64,000 nt of DNA from Methanobacteriota archaeon (lineage in GTDB: Archaea > Thermoplasmatota > Poseidoniia > Poseidoniales > Thalassarchaeaceae). Made by a program: the position numbers and the translations under genes. The notes under the pieces are model-generated. The model was not told the origin of the DNA. It ran no database searches and saw only the letters and a list, made by a program, of their open reading frames with translations. The stretch covers positions 3,184 through 67,183 of the forward strand of contig JAAZXI010000002.1 of the NCBI GenBank assembly GCA_014240285.1, in the 5' to 3' direction. Below are positions 9,038 through 18,174 of the stretch, in pieces (within the stretch, counting starts at the first letter, position 1; each line of letters starts with the position of its first letter).

Positions 9038-9514
9038 GTGGTCAACCTGTACAGACTCCTCGGATTGCCCGATCCGTCCAAGGTGCAGCAGCAGCCTGCG
9101 AAGCCCAAGAGGATGTCCGTCGACCCCGGTCCGCAGGCCGATGACCGGTTCCACGACATGGGGGAGGGCGTTTGGTCTGAGAGAACCAGTAGGATCACCC
9201 TTCGGCCCAATCGTAGAGTTGCCTACTTGAGACCGGATGACTTGCATCGACTACCTCTACAAGGTATGGAGCAGGACCTAATGGAGGGCAACATGATGCT
9301 GGTCGATCTCGGATCGCTCACCCACATGCCCAGCCAGCAGGACGTCTGCAAGAGAAGAGTGCAGGAGATGGGCGATAGGATAGGCTACCCGGTATTCTCT
9401 CTGAACGAGTCAGATACCTTACTGATGGTTGCAGGTGCGAGGATGAGGGTGGATACCATCAGACACAAGCTCGGAATGGCAATCTGGAATCAACTACCGG
9501 AGTCCGAGGTCTGA
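9038..9514 (+). CDS. sepF: SepF-like cell-division protein (tentative)
   Basis: 158 aa. The C-terminal ~85 aa (EGNMMLVDLGSL...VQEMGDRIGYPVFSLNESDTLLMVAGARMRVD..RHKLG) matches the pattern I recall for archaeal SepF/DUF552. The N-terminus MVNLYRLLGL resembles the amphipathic membrane-targeting helix. This was not verified by search. Confidence 0.45.
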   Translation: MVNLYRLLGLPDPSKVQQQPAKPKRMSVDPGPQADDRFHDMGEGVWSERTSRITLRPNRRVAYLRPDDLHRLPLQGMEQDLMEGNMMLVDLGSLTHMPSQQDVCKRRVQEMGDRIGYPVFSLNESDTLLMVAGARMRVDTIRHKLGMAIWNQLPESEV

Positions 9515-9717
9515 GACTCGTCCTCAAGCCACGTGTCGAGATCCCCCGAGGCGACCTCTTCGGCCGCGTGCTCGGTGAAATCGCGGTAGGCCTGCCACTG
9601 GGCGAGGGCCTCCTCGTCCCCACCCCGTTGCTTCTTCCGCTCAATCGACGCATCGGCGTAGGTGACGCATCGGCGGAGGAACGCCTCTACCAGCCTACGG
9701 CGCTCGTCGACGTCCAT
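9490..9717 (-). CDS. small acidic hypothetical protein, translationally coupled to bcp
   Basis: 75 aa. Its ATG overlaps the bcp stop codon (TGATG). It has a charged helical-looking composition and no recognisable motif. Confidence 0.35.
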   Translation of the reverse strand: MDVDERRRLVEAFLRRCVTYADASIERKKQRGGDEEALAQWQAYRDFTEHAAEEVASGDLDTWLEDESQTSDSGS

Positions 9718-10199
9718 CAGACAACCTCCAACTCCGATAACAACTCATCGACGTGGCCCTTTGGGCTGACCTTGTAGCGAACCCATCGCAGAGTCCCATT
9801 TGAATCGATGACGAATGTCGAGCGCAGGGTTCCCATGTACGTCTTGCCGTACATGCTCTTCTCCCTCCAAGTGCCATATGCCTCATGCAAAGAGGAGTTC
9901 TCATCGACTACGAGCTCAAACGGCAGGGAGTTCTTGTCAATGAACTTCTGATGGCTCTGGGCGGAATCAGTGGAGACTCCAATGACCCTCCATCCCGAGT
10001 CCATGAACCGTCCGAAGCTGTCGCGGAAGTCGCAGGCCTGTACTGTGCATCCCGAAGTGTTGTCACGCGGGTAAAAGTAGAGTATTACGCCATCACCCAA
10101 GCTCAGCATCTCAGACAATCTGATGCTCGATCCGTCGGTCACAGTCGCTTTGAATTCGGGAGCCGGATCACCCACACTGAGTTCCACTGTATTCCCCAC
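9717..10199 (-). CDS. bcp: thiol peroxidase / peroxiredoxin Bcp
   Basis: 160 aa. It has GDPAPEF and YFYPRDNTSGCTVQACDFRD, the peroxidatic Cys context of the Bcp/PrxQ family. Confidence 0.9.
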   Translation of the reverse strand: MGNTVELSVGDPAPEFKATVTDGSSIRLSEMLSLGDGVILYFYPRDNTSGCTVQACDFRDSFGRFMDSGWRVIGVSTDSAQSHQKFIDKNSLPFELVVDENSSLHEAYGTWREKSMYGKTYMGTLRSTFVIDSNGTLRWVRYKVSPKGHVDELLSELEVV

Positions 10200-10240
10200 G
10201 GTGCTGCGAGTCCATCAACGGCTACAAAACCGACGGTGAA

Positions 10241-10888
10241 TCAGCCCCGCATCTCCTCTCGTATACGCTTCTTGGTCGACGTCCATGAGCAAATGGGGCA
10301 CTGAGTGAGGTCGTGGCGTAGAGCAGGGCAATGCTCCCTTCCAAAGTAGATGATTTGTAGGTGCCTGCGAATCCACGTATCCTCTGGAAAGACCTTCTTG
10401 AGGTCGCGCTCGGTCCTGACAACGTTGCTGCCGTTGGAGAGTCCCCAACGCGCTGCTAACCTGTGGATGTGGGTGTCTACCGGGAATGCGGGCACTCCGA
10501 AAGCCTGCGCCATAACCACACTGGCAGTCTTGTGACCCACTCCTGCGAGGGATTCGAGGAAGTCCCAATCAGGCCTCACCCCTCCTCCGTCCTCTACTAT
10601 CTGCTCTGCCATTCGCTTGAGATTTCGGGACTTGGTTGGAGCAAGTCCAATCTCTCGAATGATAGTGTGAATCTGTTCGACCTCTAGCAAAGCCATGCGC
10701 TCAGGCGAGTTCGCAGACTTGAACAGCGTCGGAGTCACCTCGTTCACCTTCTTGTCCGTGGTCTGTGCCGACAACATGACAGCGACCAGCAAGGTGTATG
10801 GGTCACTGTGAGCGAGAGGGATTGGTTGCTCCGGGTAGATCTCATCCAACATGCGGCCAATCTGACGCGCCTTCTCAGCCCGTCGCAT
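10241..10888 (-). CDS. nth: endonuclease III (HhH-GPD DNA glycosylase)
   Basis: 215 aa. It has SAQTTDKKVN, the HhH motif LAGVGHKTASVV, and PVDTHIHRLAARWGL. The C-terminal Cys cluster is atypical (see findings). Confidence 0.85.
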   Translation of the reverse strand: MRRAEKARQIGRMLDEIYPEQPIPLAHSDPYTLLVAVMLSAQTTDKKVNEVTPTLFKSANSPERMALLEVEQIHTIIREIGLAPTKSRNLKRMAEQIVEDGGGVRPDWDFLESLAGVGHKTASVVMAQAFGVPAFPVDTHIHRLAARWGLSNGSNVVRTERDLKKVFPEDTWIRRHLQIIYFGREHCPALRHDLTQCPICSWTSTKKRIREEMRG

Positions 10889-10889
10889 G

Positions 10890-11093
10890 CTAATCCTCTC
10901 GGTCTTCCCTCAGCCCTAGAATGAAGGCGCCGAGGACGCAGAGTCCGGGAACTCCATAGCAGGGGCCGTACATCCAAGTCTCCCACTCGGTCGACTCGGC
11001 GGGACCACCGAGAAGCAGGTAGGCGAACAGTGCGAGCAGCAGACCTGGGAAGATTGCGATCACAGCGAAGACGATAGCTCGCATCAGTCGCAT
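10890..11093 (-). CDS. small 2-TM membrane protein
   Basis: The track ORF runs to 11159 but overlaps the polX 3' end. The internal start MRLMRAIVFAVIAIFPGLLLALFAYLLL at 11093 gives a 67-aa two-helix protein. Confidence 0.35.
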   Translation of the reverse strand: MRLMRAIVFAVIAIFPGLLLALFAYLLLGGPAESTEWETWMYGPCYGVPGLCVLGAFILGLREDRED

Positions 11094-11127
11094 AGTACGT
11101 CCTCGTGCTCTCGCATGATAAGGTTCG

Positions 11128-13140
11128 TCAAAGGCCGAGCAGGCTCTCCATCTGTGCACCGCTGCGAGTGTTCAAAACGTCCGCGGCGCTGAGCCATCCC
11201 TTACGGGCGACCTGTACGCCGAACCAGAAGTCCCTCAGGCCAGCGGTGTCGTGGGCATCAGGGTTGATGCACACCGGGACACCTTGTTCCTTGGCATACT
11301 TGCATAGTCGCCAGTCGAGATCCAGTCTGTACGGGGACGCATTAATTTCCACCGCCTTCAACTCGCCCTCGGCGTTAATCTCGCCCATTCTTCTTAGAAC
11401 GGCGTGCATGTCGACAGGGAAGCCTTCTCTGCCCTGCAGTATGCGCCCTGTAGGGTGCCCTAGAATGGTGAAAGTCGGGTTCTCGACCGCTCGGATAAGA
11501 GCCTCGGTGTTGGCTATCTCATCGCGACCCCTCCAACTGCCAAGCGCATGCACGCTCCCTACCACGTGAGAGAGTGAGTTACGAACCTCGTCGGGGTAAT
11601 CGAGGCTGCCGTCGACTAGGATGTCGCACTCACTACCGTGCAGCAGACGGAAGTCGGTACCCGAGTCTCGCCACTGCTCGTTCAGTGCTCTAATTGACTC
11701 CGCTTGACCGGGTACATCGGTCGCAGATACACCGATTTGCCTGCCACCGATGTTCAGTACCTCTGAGTGGTCGGCTATTCCTAGATATTCCCAACCCAGA
11801 TTCATCGCCGCTTCTGCCATCTCTTCGAGTGTAGCGGTACCATCTGAGGCTACGGTGTGGTTGTGCAGTGCTCCCTTGATGTCAGAAGGTTCGACTAGCG
11901 TCGGAAGGCCTGCGCCGCCCTCTGCTGCAGCCTCTATCTCGCCCATGTCCTCTCGCATCTCAGGCGGCACCCAAGACATTCCGAGATGCCCGTAGATATC
12001 AGCCTCATCAGCGCATTCGAGGGTGTGCTTGGCGGCCTCCATGCCAATGGCGTCTCCAGCGGCCTCTTCTGGAAACAACCCGAACTCGTTGAGGCGGAGG
12101 TCACGGTCCATGGCAGATTGCCGCATCCTGATGTTGTGCTCCTTGGAACCGGTGAAGTAAGCCAAAGTGAAGGGGAATGTCGCAGGGGCTACTATCCTGA
12201 CCTGAGCGTCGATGGTTGCATCACTGCTGCGCTCCCTAAGCGTCTCGGCCAACTGCACATCGACGCTGCCTCGGTCTCCGGTTCCTCCGAGCATGTCAGC
12301 TTCGAGAATGAGGCTGACCTTCGACTCGCCGTGTCCCTTGACCTCAGCGATCCCAGGGAAGGCGAGTATGGCCTCGATGACCGAGTCGTGATTGCCTGGT
12401 TCCGCCCCGACCACTATGTCGAGGTCACCGATGGTCTCTCTGCGCCTGCGGGCACTTCCGGCGAGCTCGGCTCTGATGACCCCTGGGATGGCGGATACTC
12501 TCTCTTCGAGGGCTTGGCCGTACAACAGCCCTACATCCATCCTACTGCGCCCCTGATAGCGGCGCAGCAACTCGATTCCATCGAGATACTTCTGCTGGCT
12601 CTTATCGCCGAACCCCGACAGTGGTGCGATATGGCCCATCTCGCAAGCTGCCTTCAGAGATTCGACTGAATCCACTCCAATCTCTTCGTACAGAGTGCGC
12701 GCTCGCTTCGGCCCTAACCCGGGAATGCCGACAATCTCCATCAATCCAGGTGGAACTCGTTCGTAGAGTGAGGACAGGCCCCCCCAGGAACCTTCCAATA
12801 CTGCCTCGGTAATCAGTGCACCCAAACCCTTGCCTATTCCCTTCACCTCAGTGATGCGCCCCTCACTTACTACTACCAGTAGGTCTTCCTCGAGTGAGGC
12901 TAGTGCGCGACTCGCGTTCTGGTAGGCGATGACTCGGAATCGATTGGCGCCGTCTAGCTCGAGTAGTACCCCGGCCTGTTCGAGGACCGTAACAATCTGC
13001 GACTTGGTGATGAAGGGTGGGCCCTCGGACCTCGCCTTCGGCAGACTCCATCCAGACGACTTGACCACGCTCCCAACCAGTGGCCATTCGACTTGACTCT
13101 GTCCCTTGACAGTAGGAAGGTCCACCCCCAACATACTCAA
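11128..13140 (-). CDS. polX: family X DNA polymerase with C-terminal PHP domain
   Basis: 670 aa. It has the HhH motif GIGKGLGALI and the PolX palm segment GSARRRRETIGDLDIVV. The PHP motifs are HNHTVASDGTATLEEM and GINPDAHD. Confidence 0.85.
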   Translation of the reverse strand: MSMLGVDLPTVKGQSQVEWPLVGSVVKSSGWSLPKARSEGPPFITKSQIVTVLEQAGVLLELDGANRFRVIAYQNASRALASLEEDLLVVVSEGRITEVKGIGKGLGALITEAVLEGSWGGLSSLYERVPPGLMEIVGIPGLGPKRARTLYEEIGVDSVESLKAACEMGHIAPLSGFGDKSQQKYLDGIELLRRYQGRSRMDVGLLYGQALEERVSAIPGVIRAELAGSARRRRETIGDLDIVVGAEPGNHDSVIEAILAFPGIAEVKGHGESKVSLILEADMLGGTGDRGSVDVQLAETLRERSSDATIDAQVRIVAPATFPFTLAYFTGSKEHNIRMRQSAMDRDLRLNEFGLFPEEAAGDAIGMEAAKHTLECADEADIYGHLGMSWVPPEMREDMGEIEAAAEGGAGLPTLVEPSDIKGALHNHTVASDGTATLEEMAEAAMNLGWEYLGIADHSEVLNIGGRQIGVSATDVPGQAESIRALNEQWRDSGTDFRLLHGSECDILVDGSLDYPDEVRNSLSHVVGSVHALGSWRGRDEIANTEALIRAVENPTFTILGHPTGRILQGREGFPVDMHAVLRRMGEINAEGELKAVEINASPYRLDLDWRLCKYAKEQGVPVCINPDAHDTAGLRDFWFGVQVARKGWLSAADVLNTRSGAQMESLLGL

Positions 13141-13228
13141 GCGGCCCCGCGCACGGCTCGGCGTGGATGCTGTTGCATTGGCTGAGACGGGTTCAGTGGG
13201 CCTGTGCAGTGTCGCTGTTCTTCTCTGG

Positions 13229-13495
13229 ATGTCGATAGGTACCTTCTCTCGGACTGAGGCCGGTGAGATGCTTGCTCAGCGAGTGATAGCCGTGCTGTGC
13301 CTCGTATCTGCTGTTCTGCTGTTCGCTCTTCACTACATGGGAGGGGAACTCTGGGGATCCAGGAACGTTGCGAGACCGATGGCCGTGGTGGCTGTGATAG
13401 TAGCGCTGGCCGGAGTGATGAACATCAAGGGCAAGGACGTCCAAGGTGAGACCAATCCACACAAGATAGCGAAGATGCGCGCTGAGGAAGAGTAG
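13229..13495 (+). CDS. small 2-TM membrane protein (hypothetical)
   Basis: The track ORF is 13106..13495. Its first 40 codons overlap the polX start in antisense, so an internal Met (13229 or 13268) is more likely. Two hydrophobic helices. Confidence 0.3.
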   Translation: MSIGTFSRTEAGEMLAQRVIAVLCLVSAVLLFALHYMGGELWGSRNVARPMAVVAVIVALAGVMNIKGKDVQGETNPHKIAKMRAEEE

Positions 13496-13771
13496 TCACT
13501 CCCCCGAGAGCTTGTCATCGATGAACGCACGCATGTAGGCAGGCAGTTCGCCATTGACGAATACGACGTCCTGCACCTCAGCGAGCTTCATCAGTGAGTA
13601 GTAGATTTGCATCGCCGTCATCGGAGTAGCGCTGCAACCGGTGCATCCGCCCTCCAGAGAGATCATGATTACACCGTCAGTGGTGTCCATCACATTGACC
13701 ACCCCGTCGTGCGCATCGAGCACGGCCTGAACCGGCCCAACAGAGTCGAGAATCATCTGCTTGTCCACCAT
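13496..13771 (-). CDS. NifU-like (Nfu) Fe-S cluster scaffold domain protein
   Basis: It has LEGGCTGCSATPMTAMQ (the CxxC of the NifU C-terminal domain). A GGAGG lies about 10 nt upstream of the ATG at 13771. The ATG at 13780 is also possible. Confidence 0.65.
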   Translation of the reverse strand: MVDKQMILDSVGPVQAVLDAHDGVVNVMDTTDGVIMISLEGGCTGCSATPMTAMQIYYSLMKLAEVQDVVFVNGELPAYMRAFIDDKLSGE

Positions 13772-13838
13772 ATGGGGCATTCCTCCGGCAATGCAGTCAG
13801 GGGGGTGGCCTTTCAACCAATTGCCCCTCGGAGGCGAT

Positions 13839-14738
13839 ATGAGCGCGCACACGAAGGTGATGCTACTCGATCTGCTGGTCGAACGTTCTCAGTTCGGCCA
13901 CGGGGGTAATCAGGAGATGATTAGGCCTCTAGCCGAGGCCGGAAGCGTGGAGGTACTGCTGCTCACCCCTCAGATGCAGTCCCGAGAAATCGGTGACAGA
14001 GCGCAGATAGAGGGCGAGATTGTACTGACAGATGACGACGTACCTCACTGGGACGATGAATACGGATTCTGGCAGGAGCGCGTTGTCGATATCTCCGGTA
14101 ATCCGGTGCGATTCCGCCGGATTGCCATGCCGCTGCACGGCGACGACGATTTGACCTCTGAATGGTTCTCTAACTTTGACGTGGATGCCGTGTACTGCAG
14201 CGGTTCGCGACGCAATGTCTCAATTTGGGAGGACTGGATGGATGGCGGAGCGTCGCTCCTACGGGTCTCGGCAAGGTCGCGAACTCCAACACTCGGCATC
14301 TGCTTCGGGCATCAACTTCTGTGCAAGGCGTTGGGGGCGAAGGTTACCAGGGAAGATGCTCTGTTCAACGGAGTCTCTGATCTCCAACTTACCAACGAGG
14401 GCAGGGGCGACTCACTGTTCAGCTCAAGGAGATCGGGGGCCGGGGACACCCCAGTTGTGCTGTTCACTCACCGGGACCATGTCGTGACAGTTCCTGATTG
14501 CTGTTCTCTGCTCGGCCATACAAATCACAACCTCGTAACCGCGGTTAGGGTCCTCGACGAGGACGGTGAGTGCCTCCCTGCTTGGGGAGTACAGTTCCAC
14601 CCAGAAGCCGCGAAGGCCCGCATCGAACGCGCCTTCGAATGGGGTCACATCAGTCAAGAGGAGTTGGATTCGTTCCAAAGAGAACACGACGGTGCCGGCA
14701 TCCTGAGTTCTTTCGCTTCCACCGTCCTAAATGCCTGA
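13839..14738 (+). CDS. class I glutamine amidotransferase domain protein
   Basis: It has GICFGHQLLCKALG (nucleophile Cys) and VQFHPEA. A GGAGG lies 5 nt upstream of ATG 13839. The track ORF starts earlier, at 13761. Confidence 0.7.
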   Translation: MSAHTKVMLLDLLVERSQFGHGGNQEMIRPLAEAGSVEVLLLTPQMQSREIGDRAQIEGEIVLTDDDVPHWDDEYGFWQERVVDISGNPVRFRRIAMPLHGDDDLTSEWFSNFDVDAVYCSGSRRNVSIWEDWMDGGASLLRVSARSRTPTLGICFGHQLLCKALGAKVTREDALFNGVSDLQLTNEGRGDSLFSSRRSGAGDTPVVLFTHRDHVVTVPDCCSLLGHTNHNLVTAVRVLDEDGECLPAWGVQFHPEAAKARIERAFEWGHISQEELDSFQREHDGAGILSSFASTVLNA

Positions 14739-14743
14739 TTCGT

Positions 14744-14760
14744 CCGCCCCTACGGGGCGG
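14744..14760 (+). terminator. GC-rich hairpin CCGCCCC-tac-GGGGCGG 6 nt after the stop codon
   Basis: A perfect 7-bp stem with a 3-nt loop, read directly from the sequence. The terminator function is inferred. Confidence 0.35.
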
Positions 14761-14776
14761 AGGCGCGGGATTTGAA

Positions 14777-14783
14777 TTATAAG
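14777..14783 (+). promoter_or_regulatory. TATA box TTATAAG of hppA
   Basis: It lies 27 nt upstream of the GTG at 14810. The same AATTATAAGC string is seen upstream of tbp. Confidence 0.45.
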
Positions 14784-14809
14784 CGAGTCTTGGGTCGGCG
14801 GGGCGACAG

Positions 14810-16885
14810 GTGAACAGTATGATTGAGATAGAGAACATCCAAGAAATAGGAGCAGGGACAGCGATAGTAGGGCTACTGATTGCTTTCATGCTGTACAAAA
14901 AAATCAACAAAATGGAGATTAGTAATCCAATTGTCGCAGATATTACTCAGCAGATTCAGAATGGCGCCATGGCCTTCTTGAATGCAGAATACAGGTATCT
15001 CGCCATATTCATCGCAGTGGTTGCTGCGTTGTTGTATGTCTTCCTAGATACCGGATGGGAGACAGCAGTAGCGTTCCTTGCTGGTGCCGCGGCAAGCGTC
15101 GTCGCTGGTTTCAGTGGTATGCGTGCAGCTACCAGCGCCAATGGGCGCACGGCTATGGCCGCAGCTGAGGGTGGACAGTCTGCAGCGCTTGCTGTTTCGT
15201 ACAATGGCGGGGCCGTGATGGGGCTGTCCGTAGGAGGGCTGGGTCTTCTCGGCATCTCAGTAATGGCCATGTGGCTAGGCACCGGTGAGGCCGTACAGAA
15301 CATCGCTGGCTTCGGAATGGGTGCTTCGTCAATAGCGCTCTTCGCGCGCGTGGGTGGTGGAATCTACACCAAGGCCGCCGATGTCGGAGCTGACCTTGTC
15401 GGAAAGGTCGAGGCCGGAATTCCCGAGGACGATCCTCGAAACCCAGGCGTCATCGCTGACAACGTCGGCGATAACGTTGGAGATGTGGCAGGAATGGGAG
15501 CAGATATCTTCGAGTCATTCGTAGGATCAATTATCGCTGCTATGGTCATAGCCCAAGCATCTCCTGATATGGGAGATCACTATGTCATACTCCCTCTCTT
15601 CCTTGCTTTCGTCGGATACGCGGCGAGCATCGTAGGTATATTCAGTATGGAACTGATGAAGGGAGGAGATGCTGCTGCTGCACTGCGAAATACCACTTTC
15701 ATCGGCGCTATCCTATTCTGGATAGGCGGTTGGTTCGGAATCGGCTACCTCGGACTAGATACAGGTACCAACCCGATGATCGCAGTAATCATCGGTAGCA
15801 TAGTTGGAATTGCAATCGGACTCGTCACCGAGTACTACACTGGGATTGAGGATGTCTTCGGAATATCTCCTAAGGCAATTCCTCACATCGGAGAGATGTC
15901 CAAAACCGGCCCTGCTACCAACGCCATCGCTGGTCTCTCAGTCGGGATGCAGTCGACATTCCTGCCCATTATTCTCATCGCAGGCGGCATCTACGGCGCT
16001 AACCACTACATGGGTGGTGGCGATCTAGGCTTGTACGGAATCGCGATGGCCGCCATGGGCATGCTTGCTACCGTCGGCGTCACGATGACCGTCGATGCAT
16101 ACGGCCCGGTGGCAGACAATGCTGGCGGGATTTCAGAGATGAGTAAACTCGGTCCAGATGTTCGTGAAATTACTGATGGGCTCGACAGTATCGGCAACAC
16201 CACTGCTGCTATCGGCAAGGGATTCGCCATTGGCTCAGCGGCTCTGACCGCTCTGGCTCTGTTTGCCGCATTCAAGACCTCCGTCCCTGAAATGGTAGCA
16301 GAGGATCTCAGTCTCACTGAGCCTATGGTCGTCATCGGACTGTTGATTGGTGGTGCGCTACCGTTCGTCATCGCCTCGATGACGATGACCAGTGTCGGCA
16401 AGGCAGCAGGCGATATGGTCACCGAGATTCGTCGCCAGTTCCGCGAGATCGACGGTCTGCTGGAGGGCAGAGAGGGTGTCAAGCCCGACAGTGCTCGATG
16501 CGTCGAGATTTCAACCCAGGCCGCTCTGCGCGAGATGGTGGCTCCGGGACTGACGGCAATCGCAGCTCCTGTGATTGTCGGAACTGTACTTGGCGCGGCT
16601 GCCCTGGGCGGGCTTCTAGCTGGAGCACTTGTGACCGGTGTGCTGATGGCGCTATTCATGGCCAACGCCGGTGGTGCTTGGGACAACGCGAAGAAAGCCA
16701 TTGAGCAAGGCCACATCGAAGGTGCGGTGAAGGGTGATGCCTCCCATGATGCAGCAATCATCGGCGACACCATCGGTGACCCATTCAAGGACACCAGCGG
16801 ACCTTCGCTGAACATCCTCATCAAGCTGATGTCGATTGTGGCAGTCGTTATCGCTCCCGGTCTAACTTTGACTGGAATGCTCTGA
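14810..16885 (+). CDS. hppA: membrane H+(Na+)-translocating pyrophosphatase
   Basis: 691 aa, with about 15 TM segments. Signature segments are [39 protein letters not shown] and [10 protein letters not shown]. The start is GTG 14810 or ATG 14819. Confidence 0.95.
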   Translation: MNSMIEIENIQEIGAGTAIVGLLIAFMLYKKINKMEISNPIVADITQQIQNGAMAFLNAEYRYLAIFIAVVAALLYVFLDTGWETAVAFLAGAAASVVAGFSGMRAATSANGRTAMAAAEGGQSAALAVSYNGGAVMGLSVGGLGLLGISVMAMWLGTGEAVQNIAGFGMGASSIALFARVGGGIYTKAADVGADLVGKVEAGIPEDDPRNPGVIADNVGDNVGDVAGMGADIFESFVGSIIAAMVIAQASPDMGDHYVILPLFLAFVGYAASIVGIFSMELMKGGDAAAALRNTTFIGAILFWIGGWFGIGYLGLDTGTNPMIAVIIGSIVGIAIGLVTEYYTGIEDVFGISPKAIPHIGEMSKTGPATNAIAGLSVGMQSTFLPIILIAGGIYGANHYMGGGDLGLYGIAMAAMGMLATVGVTMTVDAYGPVADNAGGISEMSKLGPDVREITDGLDSIGNTTAAIGKGFAIGSAALTALALFAAFKTSVPEMVAEDLSLTEPMVVIGLLIGGALPFVIASMTMTSVGKAAGDMVTEIRRQFREIDGLLEGREGVKPDSARCVEISTQAALREMVAPGLTAIAAPVIVGTVLGAAALGGLLAGALVTGVLMALFMANAGGAWDNAKKAIEQGHIEGAVKGDASHDAAIIGDTIGDPFKDTSGPSLNILIKLMSIVAVVIAPGLTLTGML

Positions 16886-16939
16886 GACGGTGATTCCTGA
16901 CTGCGTCAGTCTCATGACTGACGGCTAGCACGGCCCCTC

Positions 16940-17893
16940 ATGCGCAGAGCGCTGAGCCTAGCCGTCACAACGCTTCTGCTGGCCACTGCTCTATCCGGCT
17001 GCTCGGGAATAAGCAGCATTGTAGGCGGCTCAGAATCAGTCGAAGTACCGACTTGGGAGGTCGGTGATTGGTGGCTCTACACATTCTCCACTCCTGACTA
17101 CACTGATGACACGGCTCGACTGGTAGTCGCATCGGTTAGCGAGGAGGGGGGGACAGCGAATATGCTGGGGATTTCCAGTCTTACTGAGGCACGCAGGCAC
17201 GCGGTGCTCAACCACAACCCGTTCCTCGGACGGATGACACATGAGGATCTAGCAGCATTTGAGAATGGCGTTGCTCAGGCTGTAATGGACTTCCCGCTCG
17301 AAGAGGGCAACACCTGGAGTTTTACACTATTCTCCATAGAATGGAGTGCTGATGTCCGAGGGATATCGGGCAACTATGTCACAATGGGTGCTTCTTCTGC
17401 TGACGGCTCGAAGCTTGATTACGTATACGACACGGATGCCCAGTTCTTCTCCTCATTCATCTGGACCGACGACTCGGATGTCGAACAGATGAGGATGATG
17501 CTGGCCACCAGCGGAGTTGGGCACTCCGGCGATGTTTACTTCGTGCGTGGTGGCGACCTGTATTCCGACATCTGGGAAGACACTGGGCCTGATATCGAAA
17601 TCCGCGACACTTTCTTCGTCAGCGACCACCCTAATGACGGAGAGTGGGACGAGATGATTTACTTCCTCGATGCGAATTGTGGTTCGGGTTCTTCGAGCAT
17701 TACACTAACTCTGAGAGATCACGGTTCCATCTCGGCCCTAGAGAGGGTCTGGGGACCAGGCGCTAGTGAGAGCGGTACCCTAGGTACGATACCTTACCCA
17801 TCAGAAGAGTATACTTTGACAGCAAGTTTCACCGGCGACACTTACCTGCGACTGATTATTGCAGGAGGCATTACCAGCTCTTGGAGCCTTTAG
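16940..17893 (+). CDS. secreted lipoprotein, unknown function
   Basis: 317 aa. Signal peptide plus lipobox MRRALSLAVTTLLLATALSGCSG. It shares the motif VPxWxVxDxWxY with the 1197-aa surface protein. Confidence 0.6.
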   Translation: MRRALSLAVTTLLLATALSGCSGISSIVGGSESVEVPTWEVGDWWLYTFSTPDYTDDTARLVVASVSEEGGTANMLGISSLTEARRHAVLNHNPFLGRMTHEDLAAFENGVAQAVMDFPLEEGNTWSFTLFSIEWSADVRGISGNYVTMGASSADGSKLDYVYDTDAQFFSSFIWTDDSDVEQMRMMLATSGVGHSGDVYFVRGGDLYSDIWEDTGPDIEIRDTFFVSDHPNDGEWDEMIYFLDANCGSGSSSITLTLRDHGSISALERVWGPGASESGTLGTIPYPSEEYTLTASFTGDTYLRLIIAGGITSSWSL

Positions 17894-18174
17894 AGGTACT
17901 CAAGAAGGTGGTCCGAGCCGCCGACGAACACAGGCTCATCACCCCTCAAATCAAAAACGACCGGTACGGTCCTGTGCCTTGTCTCGGCCACAACATCCTC
18001 CCTCAGTCCCTCGTGGTGGTCGAGGTTGACCTCGGTGTAGGTGAATCCGTGCGCATCCAGAGTTCTCTCGGCACGTGTGCAGTAGGGGCAGATGGTCTGA
18101 CTGAACAACAGGAAGTCCGTCTCCGCGGACTCTAGTTGCTCCCTAACTTGTGACAACGGCCTCATCCTCCTCAT
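17890..18174 (-). CDS. glutaredoxin-like protein (CPYC)
   Basis: It has FLLFSQTICPYCTRAERTL...HRTVPVVF...FVGGSDHLLEYL. The track ORF extends to 18261 but overlaps the upstream gene. Likely starts are Met at 18174 or 18165. Confidence 0.75.
   Translation of the reverse strand: MRRMRPLSQVREQLESAETDFLLFSQTICPYCTRAERTLDAHGFTYTEVNLDHHEGLREDVVAETRHRTVPVVFDLRGDEPVFVGGSDHLLEYL

Noticed and set aside
11986-12669. 227-aa plus-strand ORF inside polX
   Set aside because: It is antisense to conserved PolX palm/PHP segments and is an artefact of GC-rich coding sequence.
16006-16824. 272-aa ORF antisense to hppA
   Set aside because: It lies entirely inside the confidently assigned pyrophosphatase gene. 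The translation is Ala/Pro/Ser/Arg-rich low complexity, typical of the reverse frame of a GC-rich membrane-protein gene.
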